Virus record (IMG/VR): IMGVR_UViG_3300011008_002687
Location: 1-64,000 of that record
DNA: 64,000 nt
Reading direction: 5' to 3' (one strand)
DNA from: a virus
Taxonomy: Duplodnaviria > Caudoviricetes
Shown here: one piece after another, positions 40,441 to 50,664 of the stretch
Layout: each line of letters begins with the position of its first letter
Numbering within the stretch: position 1 is the first letter of the stretch
The notes under the pieces: generated by a model
Database searches by the model: none
What the model saw: only the letters and a program-made list of their open reading frames with translations
Told to the model about the DNA's origin: nothing
Program-made: the position numbers and the translations under genes

Positions 40441-41472
40441 TTATACTGCGTCGCCAAACCACATACCGAGATCGTCAGCGGTTTTCTTCATATCGCTTGC
40501 CATAAGGCCCTCGATATACTCCGAATGGGTACCGTTCTCGCCGTCGTAGTTGAGGATCGGCATAATGTTTCCGTCGCCAAGCATATCCCAGGTAAAGATG
40601 TAACCCGCAGAAGGCTCGTCGATGGAAGGATTGTCGGTTGCATACGCAAGCAGGAAACCGTTAGGATCACCGATGAACTGCATATTTGCAGTCTGCCCGA
40701 ACTCTGCCTTATTCATGATCGAACGCTGTACGGAAAGTCTCTCCATACCAAAGAGCTGAGCCAGTACATTCTCGGTAATCTGTGCAGGATTCAGAGTGGT
40801 ACCGCCGTACTTCACCCTCTCCAGGATGCCCTCGTGGTTCTGCAGAGCATTGAATACGTTCACGCCAAGCGCCAGTCTGTTAGGTCTGCGTCCTGTTTTC
40901 TGCTCCATCTCGGTAGCCTTCTCATTCATGAGTGCCACAGGATCGGAATTGCCGTTGCTGAACTTGATAAACTGGCCAGTCGTAGGAGTGGTCGTATCTA
41001 CGCCGGTAAAGGAATTGCTCCACACACCGCTCTTGAAAAAGTGGTCTGCGAAAATTCTGTCCTGGTGGATGTTTGCCTGCCCTGCCATAGTCCTGGTTCT
41101 CTGCGCACGAGGATCTCTCGCTGCAGTAGGTCCCTGTCTGCGGTTGAGGTCGGTCTGTCTGATGCGGTCAATACCCATAATCATCTGATCTACGGTACAA
41201 GCGTAGCTCTCAGTATGCTCGGAGATTACTGCAGGATCAACCTTGCCGTATGCAGGCTTTCTCTGCCAGTTGTCACGCAGTAAATCTTCCTTGTCAAAAA
41301 CATAATAATTGTCAGAGGACAGGGACACCGGACAAATCGGGAAAATCGTCTTTGCAAATGCCTTTGCGTCACTCTGATAATATGCAAGCGCCATATTGGA
41401 AAGCGCCGTATGAGGTCTGAAAGCACCCTTCGCAATATCTGCCTGGATGCTTGCTGCTGTTCTCTTTGCCAT
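40441..41472 (-). CDS. Major capsid protein
   Basis: 343 aa; LSNMALAY, IFPICPV; synteny. Confidence 0.82.
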   Translation of the reverse strand: MAKRTAASIQADIAKGAFRPHTALSNMALAYYQSDAKAFAKTIFPICPVSLSSDNYYVFDKEDLLRDNWQRKPAYGKVDPAVISEHTESYACTVDQMIMGIDRIRQTDLNRRQGPTAARDPRAQRTRTMAGQANIHQDRIFADHFFKSGVWSNSFTGVDTTTPTTGQFIKFSNGNSDPVALMNEKATEMEQKTGRRPNRLALGVNVFNALQNHEGILERVKYGGTTLNPAQITENVLAQLFGMERLSVQRSIMNKAEFGQTANMQFIGDPNGFLLAYATDNPSIDEPSAGYIFTWDMLGDGNIMPILNYDGENGTHSEYIEGLMASDMKKTADDLGMWFGDAV

Positions 41473-41493
41473 TTCTAATTATCCTCCTTATCT

Positions 41494-42051
41494 TTACTCG
41501 ATTGCGTCGTTGCCGGCTTTCCATTTGGTAGCCGTACCATCATACTTCAATACCTGGCCATCGGTTGCCGGGGTGCTGAGGTCAACATCCGCAAGGTCGC
41601 TGAGTTTCACTCCGGATGAGTCTCCATCTGCCTTCTGATACTTGCTGATCTGAACTCTCACATAGTCATTCGCTGCAGTTGCCGCACTGAGGGCTACACC
41701 TACAACATACTCGCCTGCGGTTGCGGTCTTTACAAGACCTCCGGTAGTAGCTGTTACCTCTGCGCCCTTTGCGATAGCTGCACTTGCGATAGCATATCCG
41801 ATGTCCTTGATCTGAATGTCCACATCATCGCCTACAGCAACCTTTCCGGATTCTGCGCCGGAGATGTCGTTGATACCTGCCTCGATGATTGCAATACCTA
41901 CGATGGGCTTTGTTCCATCTGTCGCAAGTACCACATTGCCGTCACTGTCATAAGCTAAGAGCTTGTTTCTGCAATCTGTGATTGCCGCACCTGCCTTCTC
42001 TGCGATAGTGACGCTCTGATTGATCTGTACGCCGTTATAATTCTTTGCCAT
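41494..42051 (-). CDS. Capsid cement/decoration protein
   Basis: VVGVALSAATAAND (DUF2190-like) plus C-terminal extension. Confidence 0.7.
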   Translation of the reverse strand: MAKNYNGVQINQSVTIAEKAGAAITDCRNKLLAYDSDGNVVLATDGTKPIVGIAIIEAGINDISGAESGKVAVGDDVDIQIKDIGYAIASAAIAKGAEVTATTGGLVKTATAGEYVVGVALSAATAANDYVRVQISKYQKADGDSSGVKLSDLADVDLSTPATDGQVLKYDGTATKWKAGNDAIE

Positions 42052-42070
42052 GATTCGTTATCCTCCTTCC

Positions 42071-43300
42071 TTAGAATCCTTCCTGCTCGTCATACTCTGC
42101 CATAAGCTCCGGGTGGTCCTCCCATGCCTTCGCTATTGCCTGGTTGTAGGACAGGGTTGCATCCTTCTCCATCATGCCCTTAGCGATAGCACCGATCTTT
42201 GCCTCAGCGGAATTTTCACCCGCGCTATGACCTGCCTTGCCGATTTCAGAGAACGCACCGGACTTCTCAACAGTCTCTAAGGTCTGATCGAGAACTGCGA
42301 TCATGTCATTGTAAGCGGTGCCGCCTGCAGCTTTGAGAGACTTCAAAACAGGTGCAAGCTCGTCGGCTTTCTTGCCGATGATCTCATACTTCTTGGCTAC
42401 TTCCTTCATCTCTCTAAGCTCTGCCTCTTCTCTGAACTTTTTGAGGGATTCAAGCTCTGCCTTTACTGCAGGGTGCATACCCTTGTAGATGTCGTCCGTT
42501 CCTTCCTCTGTTGCAGGAGTTTCGACCTGTGCAGGGGTTGCGGACTTGGTAACAGGTGCCTCCGATGTTGCTGCAGGAGTACCCTCTGCCTGTGCCGGTG
42601 CCTCTTCCTCAGTACCATACTTTTTCTCAATGGACTCCAGGAAAGCACGCTCTGCGTCTGTGAGTTTGCTCTTGTCGATCTTCATTTCTGTTTCTTCTCC
42701 TTTCGATTGCTCATTATTGTTTGGTTGCGGTCCTTCTGATGTTGCCGGAGCAGATGCCTTCTCGATGGACTCATTCAGCCTTGCTACTGCAGACTTCATA
42801 AGCTCAATGTCGGCCTCTGTTACCTCCATTTCTTTCTTCGCAATGCTTGCCACCTTGCCATCGGACCACTGCGTAATGCACTCCGTCACTACCGACTGGA
42901 ATTCATTAAGGCTCTGTTGCATTGCTGCTGATGCGCTGATGCTATCCAAATCTTCGTCATTCAGAATGGAACAAAGGGAAGATTGCAGCGCATAGCATAT
43001 ATCCCAAATCTCGTCAGCGATCTTCCGGTTCTTTGCCTCGTTGTACTTCTCGCTGAAACTTACGGAATCGCTTTTTCGGATTTCATCCATTGCACTGTCG
43101 ATTTCGTCCTGGTTCATTCCTGCCGCTTTCCCGAAAAACGTAAAAAACTTTCGGATAAAACCAGTACCCTTCTCGCTGTTCTCTCCTGCAGACTGCTCAC
43201 CGTCCTTATTCTTTTTCAGACGGATGTGAGCATCCGGATTAGCACCCTCATCTACAAAGTCCACCTTCTTGACTTTGAGATTTTTGAGTTTCGTTGCCAC
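42071..43300 (-). CDS. Scaffold-like head protein
   Basis: VDFVDEGANPDA; acidic coiled coil. Confidence 0.65.
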   Translation of the reverse strand: MATKLKNLKVKKVDFVDEGANPDAHIRLKKNKDGEQSAGENSEKGTGFIRKFFTFFGKAAGMNQDEIDSAMDEIRKSDSVSFSEKYNEAKNRKIADEIWDICYALQSSLCSILNDEDLDSISASAAMQQSLNEFQSVVTECITQWSDGKVASIAKKEMEVTEADIELMKSAVARLNESIEKASAPATSEGPQPNNNEQSKGEETEMKIDKSKLTDAERAFLESIEKKYGTEEEAPAQAEGTPAATSEAPVTKSATPAQVETPATEEGTDDIYKGMHPAVKAELESLKKFREEAELREMKEVAKKYEIIGKKADELAPVLKSLKAAGGTAYNDMIAVLDQTLETVEKSGAFSEIGKAGHSAGENSAEAKIGAIAKGMMEKDATLSYNQAIAKAWEDHPELMAEYDEQEGF

Positions 43301-43332
43301 TTTGCATCCTCCTTTCTGTGGATTTATAACAC

Positions 43333-43356
43333 AAAAAGCACCCGTTTCCGGATGCC
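43333..43356 (-). terminator. Terminator-like hairpin
   Basis: GCATCCG-GAAA-CGGGTGC followed by TTTTT. Confidence 0.65.
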
Positions 43357-43458
43357 TCTTGAATTACCGTAAAAATATGTCTTACCTACGCCCTTTTTTG
43401 ACCTTCGTATGTGGAATTATAGGGTTAAAGTCTCTGAAAATCGCAATACACCCCACTT

Positions 43459-43932
43459 TTACAAGGTGTTTTTATCTTCTACTTCTACCCTTTCAGCCTC
43501 TCCTTCTATGGAGAACATCGGATATGTGCCATCCTTGACCTTTTCCCACACATCATCGTCCAGGACCTTGAAACCAATCCACCACCCTATCGGCAATGTG
43601 CCTTCGGGGATTCCGATTGCCTTCATCTTTTCCTCAGTGAACACCACCGACTCGATCAGAATAGCAACACCGCCTCTTTCGTGCATCTCTCCACCTTCCC
43701 GGTAAAGCTCCACAAAATTGTAGGCTGCGTTTTCCAGTTCTTCCGGTTCAACAATGTCTGATTGCCAGTCCTCGATTACTTCTCCGTCAACTCTCATTGA
43801 TACACTCGCCCAACCAAAGGCAAGGCGTTTGTCGTCGTCGGATTTCGTGATCTTGAATCTGCCTTTTATTACAGAGTCCTCTTTCTGCTGAGGAACAGCG
43901 GACTTCTGTATCAAATCCGAAAACCTCTTCAC
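43459..43932 (-). CDS. XkdF-like putative prohead serine protease
   Basis: GEMH...FSIEG. Confidence 0.8.
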   Translation of the reverse strand: MKRFSDLIQKSAVPQQKEDSVIKGRFKITKSDDDKRLAFGWASVSMRVDGEVIEDWQSDIVEPEELENAAYNFVELYREGGEMHERGGVAILIESVVFTEEKMKAIGIPEGTLPIGWWIGFKVLDDDVWEKVKDGTYPMFSIEGEAERVEVEDKNTL

Positions 43933-43933
43933 T

Positions 43934-44899
43934 TTATCCTCCTTTCCCCGAGAATACCGGCGGACTTTCTTCGATGTACTCTATGGCACAGGCACATCTT
44001 GGGTGTGCAGGCGGTAACATCTTGTGGCCGCTGAATAGCACTCTCCCTTTGAAATCGAAACTTTCATCCATTCCGATCTCCATGCCTTCCAATGATGCGC
44101 ATATCTCACACACAGCATCATCACCGGATGTACTCCACCGTTTCTTGCACTTTCCGAGCAGGTTTTCTTCCTGTGCCTGCCTTATTCCTTCATCTGCTCC
44201 CCGGTTATACGCAAAGGCACTCTCGGTCTGAGCTATTGTCAATGCTCTTTCCCGGTGCTGTCTCTCTGCGTATTTCCTCGATGCGTCCAACGCTTTCTTC
44301 CGGATGCTTTCTTTACTCATTCTCGGATGGTCTTTTGTGAGGGTGGCTACGATAGTGTCATAATACTTCGCATTTGCGGATGCCTGCCCTTCTGTCAAGC
44401 CTATACATGGTCGGATCAGCCTCGCCAGTTCATCAACCGTATGGCTGTCTCGCATCTTCTTTGTCAGCAAAGAGGCTATTGCGTCCCTCTGCTCCTGGGT
44501 GCAGGAAGTTACAAACTCGGCACCACGCTCATTTATCCAGGCAATGATGCCCGGCCTCTGCATATTCAACTCAAAAGCAAGACCGTCCATAATGGGCTGT
44601 CCTGCCGGTCCTGCGGATATAGCGTCGGTCCAAAGACTCGATAACCTGTCTCTCACAAGTATGGAGTAGTCCTGTTGCCATAATCTCAGCGTTTCATCGC
44701 TGATTGCACCTTCTCTTACCGCCTGTCTAAGCTCCTGGTATGTGATAGCGTTCTGCTGATCCTCCCAAAAGCCACACAGAATCCGGATAGGCTCGTCGCA
44801 ATTCTCGTCAAGATACTCCTTTAATCTCCGGAGGACTTCCTGGCTGTTGTACGACTTCGCTTTTTTCAACCTCTTCGGCGGTATTATCCGGAATCCCAT
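43934..44899 (-). CDS. Minor head morphogenesis protein (Mu gpF/SPP1 gp7-like)
   Basis: RALTIAQTE; CEIC; PPAHPRCAC. Confidence 0.85.
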   Translation of the reverse strand: MGFRIIPPKRLKKAKSYNSQEVLRRLKEYLDENCDEPIRILCGFWEDQQNAITYQELRQAVREGAISDETLRLWQQDYSILVRDRLSSLWTDAISAGPAGQPIMDGLAFELNMQRPGIIAWINERGAEFVTSCTQEQRDAIASLLTKKMRDSHTVDELARLIRPCIGLTEGQASANAKYYDTIVATLTKDHPRMSKESIRKKALDASRKYAERQHRERALTIAQTESAFAYNRGADEGIRQAQEENLLGKCKKRWSTSGDDAVCEICASLEGMEIGMDESFDFKGRVLFSGHKMLPPAHPRCACAIEYIEESPPVFSGKGG

Positions 44900-46305
44900 G
44901 TTTCAACCTCCCTTCCTAATCGCCTTTTGGCAGCTTTCCTTTTCTCTTCGGGGATTTCGTCCTCTTCCTCGATTTCGCCGGTGCCTGCGGCTGTCTCAGG
45001 CTCAGGCGGTTGGTTCTGCTCCTGCTGTTGCTGTCTGCGTTCGTCCATTGTCCTGGTGTCAGAAGTACGCTCCGGCAGGTGTCCCACCTGTCTGATGTAA
45101 TCTTCTAATCCATCGTCCGGTACCAGTACGCCGATGCCTGTCATATCCTTTATGAAGGTTGCTACCTTCGTGATGTCTGCGTCCTCGATGTCTCCATGCG
45201 TCATTTGCGGATATTCTGTTATTCCTTTGAAATGATCTCCGTTAATATCAATCAGAGCAGGTATGCCCTGGCTGTTGAACGTCTCGCAGATGATGTCAAG
45301 GAAAGCGCCTATCGCAACCGCAAAAAGCTCCGTCTTGTCAGAACTCAAAGCCCAGCTACCAGTCTCAGAGTGTCCGAGGAAAATAAAATCGGCAAGCACC
45401 GTCATAGCAATTCGGGTGTCGTACCGGTTTATGATGGCGTTCGTGTCAAATTGTCTCGATCCTCCGGAACTCAAAAGCTCCAACTTATATCCTGCAGGAA
45501 GTACAATACCCTCTCTCTCGTCTCGTCTGATCTGCCGCACCATTCTTTCCAGTCCGGCTCTCGCCTTGACATTCGTATCAATGGTATCGTCCCACAAATC
45601 CAATCCTTCCGGACCGTAAATTACCGGGAGTCCTGCAAGGTCTCTCTCAATACCGATGCCTTCAATCTCCTGGATTCTTCTCTTGAAGTACCAAGAGCGG
45701 TAAGCATTTCTCAGTACGCTCCTTCCTTCCGGATTGTTTTTTCTGCTCTTCGTGCGGAATAGCAAAGCCTTTTCAATCGGGATCGTGTACGTCCCAAAGT
45801 ACGGAGGCGGCTGCTGAGTCATACCCAACAGATTGTCCTCGTCGTCGTATTCCCACTGATAAAGCGTTTCCTGCGCTCTGATAGGCAATTTCTGCCATCC
45901 GATCAAACCGTCGTTATACTTGGACTTGGTTCTCTTGTCTTTCGTATTTCCCATACGGCGCTTATACACTATCTCGTGATAGCTCCAACCGTAAGTGAGG
46001 AAAGACAGGATTTCCGAGATTGTGTCAATCCATGTGTCCTGCATATCGTCCATACAGCTTTCAACGAACTCAGCCGCCTCTCTGTCTTTGGCTGTGTCGC
46101 CGCCCGGCTCGATATTCCAGTCGCATTGTCTCACAAGCATCTCTATCGCAAAAAGGATAGCACCTATCACATCGTCATTCTCAGACATTTCACGATAGAC
46201 CTCTACCCCTTTCTTGCCTCTCAGCTCATGCAGGAACTCTTCGTAGATTACGCCGCCGTATCGCCTTTGGCCTACTCGCCCGATTTCCTTGCTGCCGTTT
46301 GCCAT
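44884..46305 (-). CDS. Portal protein
   Basis: 473 aa after TerL; NPEGRSVLR, GIERDLAGLP. Confidence 0.85.
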   Translation of the reverse strand: MANGSKEIGRVGQRRYGGVIYEEFLHELRGKKGVEVYREMSENDDVIGAILFAIEMLVRQCDWNIEPGGDTAKDREAAEFVESCMDDMQDTWIDTISEILSFLTYGWSYHEIVYKRRMGNTKDKRTKSKYNDGLIGWQKLPIRAQETLYQWEYDDEDNLLGMTQQPPPYFGTYTIPIEKALLFRTKSRKNNPEGRSVLRNAYRSWYFKRRIQEIEGIGIERDLAGLPVIYGPEGLDLWDDTIDTNVKARAGLERMVRQIRRDEREGIVLPAGYKLELLSSGGSRQFDTNAIINRYDTRIAMTVLADFIFLGHSETGSWALSSDKTELFAVAIGAFLDIICETFNSQGIPALIDINGDHFKGITEYPQMTHGDIEDADITKVATFIKDMTGIGVLVPDDGLEDYIRQVGHLPERTSDTRTMDERRQQQQEQNQPPEPETAAGTGEIEEEDEIPEEKRKAAKRRLGREVETWDSG

Positions 46306-46334
46306 CCGTTCTCACCTCACTTTCTTCTGAAATT

Positions 46335-47783
46335 CTAACTTCTCCAATAACTGTCTTTGCTCAAACTATCTGTCGGCGGTGCGGAGTATGTCATGCCGCT
46401 TTCAATCGTATTAAAGGCATTTGCTCCTGCGTCCACCATATCCTTGAAATCAGACTGAGGAAAGCTCTCATACTGGTTAAAGAACATTCCGTTCCAGTCT
46501 GCTACCAAAACATCTACAAAGCCGACATCCATTGTCTCGGTACCTTGCCACATTGCCGAAAACGGCTCTGCTCTCGTTACCTTGTCGCCGGATTCCGGCA
46601 TGATCTTTACTATAAATCCGGACAGGAGTTTCATATAACTTTGAGCCTGCTCCTTTCCTGCCTGGCCGGGATCTTGCGGAAGTCTCTGACATACCCTGCC
46701 GTATGTCGCCCTGTCTGACTGCGCCGTCATGAGAATTAGTTTTCTCACATCGGATGCTGCCAACCTTCTATTGATTACATCTGCCACAATGTACCGACCA
46801 TTTCTTCGCTTTCCGATAAGCACTCCTGCTGTATATGCCGGGTTTCCCTCTTCGTCCTCGGATGTGGCTGCAAGGTCCCAACCTCTGCACCATAGGATCA
46901 CATCGTTCGGGATTTCCTCGACCATGTTCACCTGTGTACGCTTGAACATAAGACCTGCCGCCGCCTTGATCTTCCAGTTACCATAAAGCAGACGCTCTCT
47001 GTCAACCAATGGCAAAGCCTGCAGGTTCGCCAAATAGCTCGGATCATTCTTCATGAGGATTTTATTATCCTGCAGCGTACTCGCTATGAATGTCACGCTC
47101 TTTGGCATTGTTTCGGCCTGCTCCTGTCCTATGCCGTTTTCGACTGCTACCGCAACAGCCTCTTTTCTGCTGTCCGTCCAATGGATAACCTCGTTTACTC
47201 TTACCATCCACCTGACTTTTCCGGACCTTTCCGGTATCGGGTATCCTGTTTTCTGATCTATCCACCATGAGATAAACTCTGCCACCCAACTGTCTGCGTC
47301 GGGGTTGCAGGTGGCTCTCACATATGGAGTAACACCGGAGTCTGTTCTATTTCGGGACAGCATATAAAAAAACTGATGCTCCGTAAAGTGCGTCAGCTCG
47401 TCGAAACCGATCATTGCTATCTGTGAACCTTGCCATGATTCGCAATCATCGTCATTATTCAGATGTGCGAAATTGACCGTAGCGCCTTTTGTGAAACACC
47501 AATGTAGTTTAGGTGTCTTTAGCGGATAGGCACCTTGCACGTAGCTGTAAACTTTTCTTGCACTATCCCATAAACCACCGGGGGCGGTTATCTGAGTGTA
47601 CTCCTTTCGGAATATTACCGCATTGAAGTTTGAATTGTTCATGTGCCGCATTGGTTCCAGGAGTAAGCCGTAGGTCTTTCCTCCACCTGCCGCTCCTCCA
47701 TAAATACAAATATCTGCAGGAGTAGCCAGGAACCTTTCCTGTGGTCCTTTCTGTGGTGCCAGGATAATCTTATTCTTCGCCAT
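46335..47783 (-). CDS. terL: Terminase large subunit
   Basis: GGAAGGGKT Walker A, FDELTHF, TCNP, RGWDLA, DMVDA; start refined to MAKN. Confidence 0.93.
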   Translation of the reverse strand: MAKNKIILAPQKGPQERFLATPADICIYGGAAGGGKTYGLLLEPMRHMNNSNFNAVIFRKEYTQITAPGGLWDSARKVYSYVQGAYPLKTPKLHWCFTKGATVNFAHLNNDDDCESWQGSQIAMIGFDELTHFTEHQFFYMLSRNRTDSGVTPYVRATCNPDADSWVAEFISWWIDQKTGYPIPERSGKVRWMVRVNEVIHWTDSRKEAVAVAVENGIGQEQAETMPKSVTFIASTLQDNKILMKNDPSYLANLQALPLVDRERLLYGNWKIKAAAGLMFKRTQVNMVEEIPNDVILWCRGWDLAATSEDEEGNPAYTAGVLIGKRRNGRYIVADVINRRLAASDVRKLILMTAQSDRATYGRVCQRLPQDPGQAGKEQAQSYMKLLSGFIVKIMPESGDKVTRAEPFSAMWQGTETMDVGFVDVLVADWNGMFFNQYESFPQSDFKDMVDAGANAFNTIESGMTYSAPPTDSLSKDSYWRS

Positions 47784-48240
47784 CGTTATCCCTCCCATTA
47801 TCCGGAAGATAAATCTGCACTTCCGTATCATCACTGCCACTGTCCGGAAGTTCCATAGGACGGTCTTGCCAACGGTCACGCTGTCTGTTTTTAAGCCAAA
47901 AGCACATAGCACCGACATCTGGAGGAACGTGCTTTTTCGTGTTCTCAACTCTGACAGGTTTTACACTTCCGTCTTTGTCATACTCCACGATTTTCTTCTC
48001 TTCCACGTAATCATAACCCGTAGCTCTCTCATAGAGACTGCGGATCACCTTCGCATCTGATACGCCTTTTCCCTTTGACAATGCCTCCGCAAATGTCGGA
48101 TGATCTTTCTTCCAACGGCCTATGGTTCGTTTCGATACACCCATTGCTTCGGCTATCTCTTCCTCGGTGGCACCCATAGCGGCCAAAGACCACGCCCAAT
48201 CATCATGGTAGTCGGCATTGTACTTTGGTTGTGCCGCCAT
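47770..48240 (-). CDS. terS: Terminase small subunit
   Basis: HTH plus PPDVGAMCFWLKNR; upstream of terL. Confidence 0.85.
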   Translation of the reverse strand: MAAQPKYNADYHDDWAWSLAAMGATEEEIAEAMGVSKRTIGRWKKDHPTFAEALSKGKGVSDAKVIRSLYERATGYDYVEEKKIVEYDKDGSVKPVRVENTKKHVPPDVGAMCFWLKNRQRDRWQDRPMELPDSGSDDTEVQIYLPDNGRDNDGEE

Positions 48241-48246
48241 ACGCTA

Positions 48247-49173
48247 TTAACTCCCGGCTATATAGTCAGCGCAAAGGTACTCAATAAGCTGCCACCGGTT
48301 TTTGCTTGTTATGGTGCCTTCTTTCTCCGCTTTCTTGATTGCCTGCTGTATTACCTTAGCCGCCTCGCCTGGTACTGCGTTGCTGCCAAAGAGCTTTGTC
48401 AAGTAGGTCCAATCCTCTTCCTCATTGTACCCTGCGTCGTCCATCTTCTCGTTGACCGACTGCACCATAGAGTGAACTGCTGCTCCGACATTTCGGATGT
48501 CCGTAAATTTCTGATACTTCGCAAGTGCCTCTACGAACTCCTGGCACTGATCGTATGCCGCTACTCCGATGATGTCCGGAGAAGTGATTTCCAGGTTCTT
48601 CACAAGTGCATCCATATCTTTGACCTGGTGCGGCAGAAACGAAAAGGTCACATTCTTAAAATCAAAAGAAACCGCAGGGCTGAGCATTTTGTCATACTCA
48701 GATAGCGGCTCTTCCAATATGTCCTTGCCTATGAAACTCTCGATCATATCATCAACATCGGTTATCATCTTCACGATTTCCCGGAGCGTCGAATCATCAT
48801 CGAATCCGGAGATCGCATTGTGTGCCAACTGCTTTGCGGCAATTTGACTTCGAGATAACCCGCTTTCATCCACAAGAGCGATAATCTCTTTCAAACCCGC
48901 CGCCCTTGCGCTTTTTATTCGGTGGTGGCCGGATATGATCTCGATTACTCCGTCCACATTCACCAGGAGAGGCAGGCTTTCAAGCTGTCCTCTCTTCGCT
49001 ATGTTGGCCGTCAACTGATCCTGCATCTCATTCTTCATAATGCGGGCGTTGATGTCCTGCTCTTTCAATTTGTCAATGGGTACCTTCGCTATTACTAAGC
49101 CGGAACCCATATCATAAATCACTTCGTAGTTTTTGCTCTGCTCTCCTGCCATTTGATTTCCCTCCTTAGCCAT
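48247..49173 (-). CDS. ParB/sulfiredoxin-like protein
   Basis: INARIM, IISGHHRIKSA, QLAHNAISG; start may be MAGE. Confidence 0.82.
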   Translation of the reverse strand: MAKEGNQMAGEQSKNYEVIYDMGSGLVIAKVPIDKLKEQDINARIMKNEMQDQLTANIAKRGQLESLPLLVNVDGVIEIISGHHRIKSARAAGLKEIIALVDESGLSRSQIAAKQLAHNAISGFDDDSTLREIVKMITDVDDMIESFIGKDILEEPLSEYDKMLSPAVSFDFKNVTFSFLPHQVKDMDALVKNLEITSPDIIGVAAYDQCQEFVEALAKYQKFTDIRNVGAAVHSMVQSVNEKMDDAGYNEEEDWTYLTKLFGSNAVPGEAAKVIQQAIKKAEKEGTITSKNRWQLIEYLCADYIAGS

Positions 49174-50519
49174 TCAATCATTGTCTGATGTTCGTTTCTT
49201 CCCTCAACCAGTTCAGCCTCATATGTCAGCTTATAGCCGTTCTGCTTATCCTCTGCCCTATTTACCAGTTTCATGATGCCCCGTACCTCTTTGTTTTCCG
49301 GGTACTTGGTAAGCATAGCAGTCCGCATTTTTACGACCTTTTCCCGGTCTATGGTGTCAAGGAGCGTATCAACAAAGCCTCTGTTCTGTGCAAGCATATA
49401 GCATAACCGCCCCAAGCGGTATTTCTCGTGTGGTACCTTCATCACATACCACACAAATACGGAATCAGCCGCCATCTTCGATATGCCGAAAACTCCGGCC
49501 ACATATCCGTCTATCAGCAACGCCCTGTTCCAAGTAGCTGAGGAACCGACAAAGTTATGCGTCCATAGCACTCTGTAATACTGGGCTGTTGCCGCCTTAA
49601 TCGGTATGATCTGCACCTTGCTTTCCTCGGTTATCACATGGTCCCTGGGTAGCATACTGCAGTCAAGCGGTTCCAGTTTACTCTCTGCAGGACGCTTGAT
49701 CTTCTTTCCATTCGCAAGGGCCGTTGCCTCTTCCTCCCGGTTCGTAGTGATGTAAGCATTGAGGTCTGCCCTGGTACCGGACCGGGCGTATATCGTATAG
49801 CCTACTGCCTCGCCTACTTTCTTTTCCTGGTAGCAAAGCACCAATGCCTTTGCGTCCATGCACATATCATAGAACTGCTTATGTCCTGTCTCCGGATCAA
49901 ACAACTGGTACTCCGGTTCCTTCCAGGTCATTTTCCCCTGGGTGTCGTAGAACTTCTCATATCCGGAGAAGTATGTCGGCGGATTCGCTATCACGATAGC
50001 GTGGGGATCATCCAGTACCTCTTCCAAGTGTTTCCACATATCAAGCGGTCTGTAACTCATGCCATGCAGGAGATTTCTCACAACCTCAATCTGCCGATTG
50101 ATGCTCTCAATATGTTCTGCTCTTCGCTCTCTGAGGTCAACAAGCATATTGTGAAAATACTCGTTGCCCGCACTCTTCGATGTTCTGAGGTACAACTGTG
50201 CGTACAATGCCGTTGCAGGATCAAGCAGCTCTTCATCACTAAAGCCTTGTGCATGAATTTCCAAAGGCTCCAATGACTGCCCTGTTATCGCATACCCAAG
50301 CACCGTAGGCATCATAGACACATCACTCGTCTCGATCTGCTCCGGCTTAAATCCATTCTGCACTGCAAGATTGCTCATTGCGAATGTTCCGGCACAAGGC
50401 TCAACGAACCTCGTATAGCCCGACTTCGCTGCTGTCTCAATCAATTTCACGAGAAAACGCTGCTCGGATGTTCCCAGGCACCCAAGAAACATTGCTCCCG
50501 GATTCATAAAAAATGCCAT
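49119..50519 (-). CDS. N6-adenine MTase-like protein with putative Mom/GNAT-like C-terminal domain
   Basis: FVEPCAG (motif I), TSDVS, IANPPTY (motif IV variant); C-terminal IIPI..A....HNF....DGYVAGVFG. Confidence 0.7.
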   Translation of the reverse strand: MAFFMNPGAMFLGCLGTSEQRFLVKLIETAAKSGYTRFVEPCAGTFAMSNLAVQNGFKPEQIETSDVSMMPTVLGYAITGQSLEPLEIHAQGFSDEELLDPATALYAQLYLRTSKSAGNEYFHNMLVDLRERRAEHIESINRQIEVVRNLLHGMSYRPLDMWKHLEEVLDDPHAIVIANPPTYFSGYEKFYDTQGKMTWKEPEYQLFDPETGHKQFYDMCMDAKALVLCYQEKKVGEAVGYTIYARSGTRADLNAYITTNREEEATALANGKKIKRPAESKLEPLDCSMLPRDHVITEESKVQIIPIKAATAQYYRVLWTHNFVGSSATWNRALLIDGYVAGVFGISKMAADSVFVWYVMKVPHEKYRLGRLCYMLAQNRGFVDTLLDTIDREKVVKMRTAMLTKYPENKEVRGIMKLVNRAEDKQNGYKLTYEAELVEGRNEHQTMIEWLRREIKWQESRAKTTK

Positions 50520-50557
50520 TGCCCTCTGTCACTCCTTTCTTTTTGTTCAAAATATAC

Positions 50558-50613
50558 AAAAAGCTGAGGTCAGCCAAAGTATCAACCCCGTAATTTTTGA
50601 TACCCACCTCAGC
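50558..50613 (-). promoter_or_regulatory. Long hairpin plus U-tract in MTase leader
   Basis: GCTGAGGT/ACCTCAGC and GTATCAA/TTGATAC stems then TTTTT. Confidence 0.6.
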
Positions 50614-50622
50614 ACATTGCAC

Positions 50623-50656
50623 AAAAAAGGCACCGTACCCTGCCGGATGCGATGCC
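50623..50656 (-). terminator. Intrinsic terminator after tRNA-like gene
   Basis: GGCATCGCATCC-GGCA-GGGTACGGTGCC followed by TTTTTT. Confidence 0.75.
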
Positions 50657-50664
50657 GTTGTTTT

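Noticed and set aside
43414-43446. TTGCGA...TATAAT promoter upstream of the scaffold gene
   Set aside because: 19-bp spacer and an intervening terminator; not supportable
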